DNA of 64,000 nt from Candidatus Omnitrophota bacterium (GTDB lineage: Bacteria; Omnitrophota; Gorgyraeia; Zapsychrales; JAHFFX01): NCBI GenBank assembly GCA_023247725.1, contig JAHFFW010000002.1:64160-128159 (forward strand), read 5' to 3'. The translations under genes were made by a program, and so were the position numbers. This document shows, piece by piece, positions 54,001-63,000 of this stretch. The notes under the pieces were generated by a model that worked only from the letters and a program-made list of their open reading frames with translations, was not told where the DNA came from and did no database searches. Position 1 is the stretch's first letter. Each line of letters starts with the position of its first letter.

Positions 54001-57000
54001 TCCTGGAGGACCCCTCTGAATATTATTATTTTCATTTGGAGCCGGTCGTGTTGGCCGCTGCGGCAGGTTCGCAGCCGGCGATTGATTTGTTGGGGAAGGA
54101 ATTGGCGCGGCAGGGCGCGAGATTAGAACAGGATTACTACCGGAGTAGAGAAAATGATTTCCGTTTGAACAAACAATACGATCGACAGAATTGGGAAAAC
54201 ATTCTGGATTTATTTGCCGTGGGGATGCGATATCCGCAATTGCGGGGACAGGTCTTGCCAATTCTGGAGAGGGCGATTGCACGCGGCGATGAGAAGGCCT
54301 TTGCCCTGGTTCGTGACAGCATCCGGGCGTTATTGTCTGACTCCGCGAGTGTCGACCGGCAAAAGAATCTGCCCATTCCGCTGGCGGATGACCTAAGCAC
54401 GATATCCGGCAACCCGACGGAAGCGGTCGCCTGGGTGAAGGCAAATGAAGCAACCCTCAAATCCGACCGTGAGATTCCACCGGGCGCCATCCGGTCTCCT
54501 CCGACGGAACGACGCGAAGCCTACGCCATTGATAACACGATTCCCCAAGAATATATGGACTTACGCGATCGTGATGACGTTCTTCAAGCAATTCGTAACG
54601 CGGCCGATGTCGTACCCCAGCCCCAGCCTGCTGAAACCATTGCCCAATCAAGAAGTGTTCCGCGGATTGAGCTGCCACCATTTCGAGAAAATCCTCAACG
54701 GATAGAACTTCCGCCCTTCCGCGAAGACTATCAACCGCAAAGACCACCCACATTCCGTTCTGAAGAACCGAAATTTTCTCAATGGACCAAGTGGTTGGTC
54801 AGGGTTGCGGGCGTTGCTACGGCTCTTCTCGCGTTTCAATTGAATCAGGAAATACAACCGCCTCCGCAGTCCCCGCAGGGACAAGTTGTTCCGCCAACAC
54901 CAGCAGATATTGCCAAGAAACGGGAAGAACTCCGACTCTTCAGTAAAATTCCGCCAGCACCGTCGACAAAACCCGGTACGAGTACGAACGGTCCAACAAC
55001 ATCCGAAAACAAGACGAAGGAACCAGGCGCACCTTCTTCTACCCCAGCCGAACGTGGCCAGCCGTCTCCCGGGGTCATTACCCCGCGCTTACCGTTGCCG
55101 GATGGTGTCTTTCCAGAGGTCAGAAGGATGTTTCCACAAACTCCGGGACAAGAAGGGCGAGGACCAACTTCTCCTTCCCGGCCTCAAGAACCTTCTTCTC
55201 AAGAAAGGGAACAAACTTCTCCTTCCCAGCGCGGCGCGCCTTCTCAGGGAGCCGGCAATCAACAAGGGACACCGGCTACCGGTGACATCGTGATCCTGCC
55301 CGTTCGGCCTTTGACCCCACAAGAACAATTGTTCTTGAATTTATTCGGGCTTGAAAAGAAACAGCCCGAGAAACCTTCGGACAGCAGAACTCCAGGCGTT
55401 GGGGAGGGGCGGATCGTCATTGGATCGATGGAATTCAAGTTTCGCCTGCCCACGATCAGCCGCGGTGACCGCGGTCCGGCGGTGCGGACGCTTATGCGAA
55501 TTCTGAGAGTGGTGTTTGACGGCGAGGATGGCATTCGGTCTCTTGCGGGCAAGACGAATCCGCTCACTGGCCGACCTTATGATGAGGAGTTTGCCCGTCA
55601 AGCCTTACAGCTATGGCAAACAGCCCGTCGAGACAGCGAATCTATTGAGGAATATACCGCCAATGTGGAACGAGCGATTGTCGCCCTCCAAAACGCATTC
55701 GATATTAGAGAAGACGGTGATGTAGGGCCCGAAACCTGGAGTTTACTCGGTGAATTGCTGGAAGCATACCAGCGCCTCATAGAAGAGCGCCAGAAACCGC
55801 GGCAAGTCGCTTCTCTGGAAGGTTCGATCAATACGTTGTTGGAGTCCATGGGAAGTCCGTTTCGAGTGCCGTCCAATACGGATCAATCCACCGATGCTGC
55901 AAAGCTGGAGACCCGACAGGAACAAGATTCCACAGTTGCAAGACCCACGGAGCAATCCAAAGCCCAAATGATTCCGTCCTCTGATGCCGCGAGTGTTACT
56001 TCGAATGAAGCGGATCGCCAAGAGGATCGAATGGGTAAACCTGATCAGTTGAAACAGGGTATTTCTACACCCAAAGATGAAATAATTGAGCCAGAGTATA
56101 AAAAGTCGCCTTTAAGAGGGTTTGCCAAGATGTGGAATCAGTTCCGAAATAGAAGGCTGGTGCCTTCCAAATCTTCTACAATTGGACCTCATTTTCCGAC
56201 GATCTCCCCCACACTATTGCAAATATTCCATCTTAGTGCCTTACCTTCCTCTAATAATACGCCGGTTGGAACTGATGAACGCGATCGTGGTTCAAAGAAC
56301 GGCGCGTTGCCAGCACCCCCAACCCTTCCTGCCCCATCGGAAAGCACCTTGCCTGAGCCGCCAGGCAATAGTGGATCAAGTGGTGGTTTTGCGAAGGCAA
56401 CCAGCGCTATTGTTCAGTACGTAAAAAGCCTAGCCTCTAAGGATGAACATCTAAATTCTGAAATTATCAATAAAGAACAGGAAAAAGGTAGCCAATGGGA
56501 GCGTCTTGCCTCCCGTAAGGACCCAACGAGCAAATCAGGCGTTGGACCTTGGAACATTAGAATGCTGTCCGCCATTTCCGCAATGGCGCAGACAGCAGTT
56601 AGGAATGTAGGAGCGCGGATAACAAAAATTGGAAGCAGTGTTGTCAATGCAGTTAGCAGTTTCTTTGTAGCAGAAGCATACGCAGCAGAAGTAGCAGGTA
56701 GTGAAGTAACACGTAGCACTGTTCTGAATGCAGCAAAGCAAGTAGGTAATGGACTCAATTTGGCTGAAAATAGTTCCGGCAACGGGGCTGCTAAAGCTGA
56801 AGAGAGATCCTTATCGGTGGTTCCCGGAGTGCGGCGAACGACAGTTCGTGCAACCGGTAGTAGGGTAGTGAATGTAGAACCCTCTAATCGCAGTTTGGTT
56901 AGAGTTATCGTCAAGTTAGCACAGGCAGTAAAAGCAGTAGTCAGAAGCAGAAGTACGAATAAGCAGTATCGCTCTGTCTATGGCAATAAGGTTGCTGAAA

Positions 57001-60000
57001 CCGGATCTGCCATTGATGAAAGTGCAGTAGAAACACCGAAGTATCGTTCTCATCGCATCATCGGTAATGCGGTTAGTTTAGTTGAAGCCGGTGCCCGTTA
57101 CACGGTAGCGGCCATAGCTCAGATTATCCGCAATTCCAAGGTTCTTAGAGTGTCTGTTCGTAAGAATGGACAATTTAAGAATAAAGCCTTAGATTCCGAG
57201 ATCGATGGCAGTAGAAGTAAAGCTCAAGCCGTAACGTTAGGCTTTGAGCCGTATCGTTCTGGTAATAGAGAAGCAGGTAATAATCTCCGGTTCGCAATAG
57301 GTCTGGTCTTGGCGAAAGCCGTGACTGGAGCTAAAGCTGACTTGAGAGCGTTATTGAAGGTTCTTGGAGTTTATCTCGCCGAAAGGCTGGAAAAGGTCCG
57401 AGAAAAAATCTTTGGTTTTGCTGGTTCCCTCAAGGTCCGTATCAATCGAGTTGGGGCGAACGTCGGCCGGCAGGCCAGAGAGGGTTCTGACAAGCGTGTC
57501 AGCCATGGCACGGCTGCAGTCTTTACTGGCAAGTTCAGCAGTGTTGCAAGTAGGGTAATTGCCCTAGCAATAGCTAGGATCTTTACGTTACTTACAGTTC
57601 TTAGAGTCCGCCTGGCAGAAGTAATCAAGGTACAGGCTGAAGCTGAGAATAGCTTCTTGGAGTTTGCACTCTCTACCTTTGATAGTGGTAGAGTCGACGC
57701 ATTAGAGACTTCAAGAGACACTGTTACTAGTCGTAGAGAAGATGAACGTGGTTCTCAGCGTAATGTTCCAGTGGTGGAAGCAGTGGAAACTGCTGAAGCA
57801 CTGGCATCTGAAATTCTCGGAGTGCGTCAAGGTGCTGAAAAAGACCGAAATGCGACCGGGAATTCCGACGTTACCGGGAACGTAATTCTTGCTCAGCAGG
57901 ATCGTTCAGTTGGTGGAACTGGCAACGAAGTCAACCTTGCTGAAGCTGTTAACGTTAACGCCCTCATGGGTGATCGAACAACAGCCGCAGCAAGCAGTGC
58001 TTCCAAGCCTGAGAATTTCGGAGTGCGATTGGCCAAATGGCTCAACGTGATCCGAGAGTGGTTTTTGAAGACTGTCCCCTCGAGCCTAAACAGGATCGAG
58101 GTTAAAGCTTTAAGAACCAACCGCAAGACCACCAATAAAAATGTAGCTCCAATTGTCAACACTGAAACGAATACGTTCGTTTCAGTGGCTTTGCAAACTC
58201 TGTCTGTCAAAGTTCGCAATGCAAGAGAACTTTGGCAACGGAGAAAGTCTGTTTCTGCAGTCCAAGAGTTGATCTCTACTCAGATTTCCAACCTACGTCG
58301 TCTCATTCAAACCCTCAAAGAATTCGCTAACGTTCAATCAGTTCCTAACCAAGGAGGATTCCCATGGACAAGAATATTCGTTTTGACCATTTTGTTGAAT
58401 TCACTAAGAACGACTGCCTCTTTTGCGCAGGCCGTCAACCGGGCAGCAAACGTCGAAGTTTATACCTCATCGTTAACCACACCGGCCGGGTCTATGAACG
58501 ACATTTTAATAGCTGGCGCCTTGTCGATTCTGATGCTGAGTCTCATATTCGCCGCGAGGCCGAGAGCGCCAAGCTCGGAGGTGTCCCGTGTTACGTCACA
58601 CACAGCCACTTCAGCAATTAATCCTGCCGCAAGTATTCTTTCTGCCGCTTCATTAAGTAATCCTCATCGTGTAACGATTGATCAATCATCCATGTTTGAT
58701 TCTGCCCAAGTTGAATTGCTCCCCAACATTCAGGCCCAATTGGCCTACCTGGCCTTGAATGGTCAGAATGCAACCTCGCTGATCGATACCATCCTCACTT
58801 CAGAAACCGGAGACACCACCCAAGCCGAAAATCTCCTTCGGCAACTTCAACGTAATGCCCAAATGAGGCCTAGCGATGATGTGTTAAAGCCGTTTATTCT
58901 GTCGAGAGTCCACAGCATTAACCTAAAAAATCCGACCAGCAGCGACTTGAAATATATGATTTGGGCTTCCCGGAGAGGTTACCGTTTATCAAATGAGATG
59001 CAGAACTTAGTTGGCCGGGCCACAACCCTAATTGATGATGACGAAATGATGAAGGATTTGGCCGTGCAGATTTTGCCCTTTATGCGGGGTGCAGCGACCG
59101 AGCGCTTGGTCGATGTGCTCCGCCCCGAAGGTGTGGTTCGTTTCCTGGCTAGCGATACCATGCGTATCGTAGGCATCCAAAGGGGAGAGGTTTTGCCGGA
59201 ACGTGAAATTCTCGAAGTCATTGCGCTCAGAGTCAAGCGGGGTGTTTATGATCGAGATGCCTTAAAGGCGGAATTTGACCGGCTTTATTCCAGTGATTCT
59301 CAGCAGAATTTATTGGAAGGCATCTTTGACCGGAATATGGATCGTTTGGAAGCTCTGGCGAAGTTGCTCGAGGAAGATGAAGAAGATAAAGAACAGCAGC
59401 GCATCTTCTTCAAACCGGAAGATGACTTGGTCGGCTTGACGGTGCGTTTGCGCGAAGCGACGGTGGTGCAAGATGAGGACGCGCTTCAACCTGGTCACCA
59501 ATTCGACCAAGATTTATTGCATCGCCGCTTAAGGCGGGAAGGACAGCTGGAAATTCATGACCTGGAGCGGCAATACAGCGAATCCCTCAAAGAATTGGAC
59601 AAAAATTATGCCAATCGTCACACCAATGACAGCCAGAAGAAGGCCTACAATGACGATAAGAAAGATTTGGACAAGTGGCTGACCGAACAAAAGCGCCAGG
59701 CGAAAATCCGCCGTCAGTTGCAGGAACTGGGATTTGCCTTGCACACTCACAAGATCGTGCAAGGGGATCTGAGGCTGTTCCGCCGATCCTTGGGAACGAT
59801 GGTCTATGACGGTCTGTTTGTCGGTGAGAAGGACATCCTGGCGCTGTTGAAGAAAGACGTGGATGTTATGGACATGATGGCGCAATGGGATACCTTAGTC
59901 GATCCAGCGCAGCGGAAAGAATTTTACCGAGATTTCATGATCGCTCCGATGATGGCCAACCGCGGCCAATTTGATGTGAGCCAATTGATTCTCCGGTTGT

Positions 60001-63000
60001 CTCATCCGCAGCATATGACCTTGTATCTGGAAGATCATATCGAGCTGGTTATTCCGGCTCAGCAAGCGCAAGTTGAGAATGATGCCCAATTCATCCGCGA
60101 GCAGGCCCAAGTGGCGGTTGTGCCTGGCGAAACCAATGAAGACCTGGGGGACATTGCTTCCAGCCGGGGAGGACGAAAACTCATGCAGTCGCTGCCTCTG
60201 CCCAACGGGAATGTCTGCGTGGCCTCCATGCCCGAAGAAACCGCCCGCCGCGGGTTCAGGTCGGCCGGTGACCTCGAATGGGGCCTGAACCGATATCGCA
60301 TCATTAAAGATTGGTTGAAGCACACCTTCGGCCGGCCGCGGATCACGCAATTCATCAGCCCGCGGGGGCAGGAAGCCCTCGCGCATGCCGTGCGCTCCTC
60401 TAATCCTCAACGCACCCTGATGATGATCAGCGGCTTCGCCGGGGCAGTGACCAATGATATGCTGGACGAGTTACGATCGGTTAATTTCGCAAGTACCAAT
60501 AATGTGCGCACGATCCTGACGGTGGAGGCCATCTTCGACGCGATCCGCGCCGATCACGAAGAACCACGAGACCGGGCCAGGCTCGAAGAACTGCAAGAGC
60601 ACTATACAGAATATGTTCAATCCATTTCGGATCCGAGCTCAGATTATTTAAAGACTCAAACAGCCTTTGCCAACAGTTGCAGTGCGGCGGCAGATGCCAG
60701 CGATAAGGCTTATGTCGCTTACCGCCAACATGCGGATGGGGTGAAAACCCAGGGAAGAATCTTTCAGCTTTTGGCGATTGGGAACATGACGGTTAAGGAT
60801 GCGGTCGAACTGATGGAAGATACCGACAGCAAGGGTTATAAGGCCATCCAGGAAGAAGTTCAATACGATCTCGATAATCGCAAGACCCAACGTGGCGGCA
60901 AGCTGGTCAAATTCCGCGCCAGGGCCATGGCGGCCATCCGAGCTCAGAGAACGTTTGGATTCTATATCAAGAAATATGTCTTGGTCCCGCTGGCCGTTCA
61001 GATTGCGGCCATTGTGGTGCTTTATTTAGTGTTCCATGTCATCGCCGTCATGGCTGCAACATGGGGGGTTGTCCACCTTTCCTTACTGGGTTTTGAAATT
61101 GTCACCATCAATTTCGCTGAGGCTCTGACCTTCAGCCACGTTGTTGCATTCAATCCGATAGACAAAGCCCAAGCCATTCTACCGTTTATTCTCTCGGTCG
61201 TCTTGCTCATTGCCCGTCACGAATACGGCCATGATCTGCACGCCTTCATGGTGGGTGATCCTAATAAACAAGGAACAAATGAACCATCTCTTTGGAATTT
61301 ATTTAAGAATATTCCGCAGTATATAAAACCAATGAATCTTTTCGGGATGGTCTTCTTTGGCGGTCTGGGACAGGGCGGTTCGACGACCATTAATCCCAGA
61401 GTTATGAGGAACAAAGGATACCGGTTTGTCGCTTTAGGTGGACCGTTATTCAACATCCTGGGCGCCTTGAGCGGACTTATCCTTTGGGGAGCGATGAGTG
61501 TATTGGGTCACTTTGTGACCATCCCGGCCTTGATCATCTGGGGGACTAAGATCCTGATCCTGGTTGACCTTTACTTTGTTATCCCCAACCTCATTCTGGC
61601 CATCTCGGTCAAACTTCCGATGATGGGCGACTTGACGTCGGACGCGGCCCATATCTACTTCGGCAAAAAAGCCGTCATGAATGAAGACAAAACAAAGAAC
61701 CACATACCGTTCTGGTTTAAGATATTCAGCTGGGTTCTACTCGCCGGATTCTTCTATTTCCAATATGCTCATTTTTATCGTTGGGTTAGTGCCATTGGGG
61801 CCCGCATGGGATTGACGGCGATCAATCTGCCTGCCCTCCAAATCGCCGCAGCCGGCTTACCGTTGAAGGAAATCATGATCGTGATTGGCATTATTCTCTT
61901 GATCGCGATGGTGGTCAAGCTGAGGCACGGAGAACCCGGAAAAGCTACTGCGATATTTTCGTTGTTCGGATTGTGCGTCGGGATTTATCTCCTCATCGGT
62001 TCAAACCAGACGTTTACTGTCGGCGCGATGGTGACTGGCTTTATGAAAATTCTGGCAGCTGTTTCTACGACCTTCTTGACCATTGGAATCGTCCTCGCCT
62101 TGGCCGTCCTCATCGCTCAATGGGCCTCGAAGCACTCCTCACAAATTAAAGTGAAGGTCACCCGGGTGTTGCTGATCCTCGGGGTCGTGTCCGCGCTCTT
62201 AGGCGCTAGCGGAGTCCTCTATCGGCTTCATGCCGCCGGAGAGCCGGTACAGTCTTCACAGACAACGGTTGTTCAGCCTCGCGCCCCGCCGCCAGGGGGC
62301 ACCACCACGCCGACACCCGCGGCCGCCCAACCACCGGCTCCGGCGACGCAAACCACGCCGACCACGCCGGCGCCTGCCGCTCAATCGTCACCCGCGCCGG
62401 TCGCCGGGCAACCGGTCCAGCCGGCGGGAGCCGGGACTCAAGCTCCGCCGTCTCCGACGACACTACAAACCACCCAGCCGCCGGTTGCAAATCCGCCGCA
62501 GGCTCCGGATGCCGCGCAAGCGACTGCGAGTTCAGCTGCTGGCCAGGCCTCAGCCCCAGCTCCAGTGCCCCCGCCACCCGCATCCGGCCAGGCCTTTGCT
62601 TCTGCGGGGCCGCAAGGCTTGCCAGATCGCACTGATTTATTGATCGTTGCCGACACCGCGAAACTTTCGCAGGATCAAAAGGATGCTCAGTCTCTGCACA
62701 TTTATACATTGGATGAAATCATCTGGAAGTCAGTGGAGAATCTGAAACGCCGCGCGCAAGCCCCGGACGCCGCAACGAAGGATGCTGCCGCCGTCACCTT
62801 GGCCGGGGCTCTGGAGCCCCGCCAGCTGTTCTTTGGGAACGTGGAAAACGGCCGGGTCCTGATGCTCAAGGTTAGCGATGAGCCCAAAATGATCTTCTTC
62901 GACAATACTCTGGCGGCGGCCGGCGATAAAGCGGGGGTTGATCCTGCCAAGCGGGTCGATATCACCTATGTTAATCTAACCCGCGATAATAAGGTGTGGT

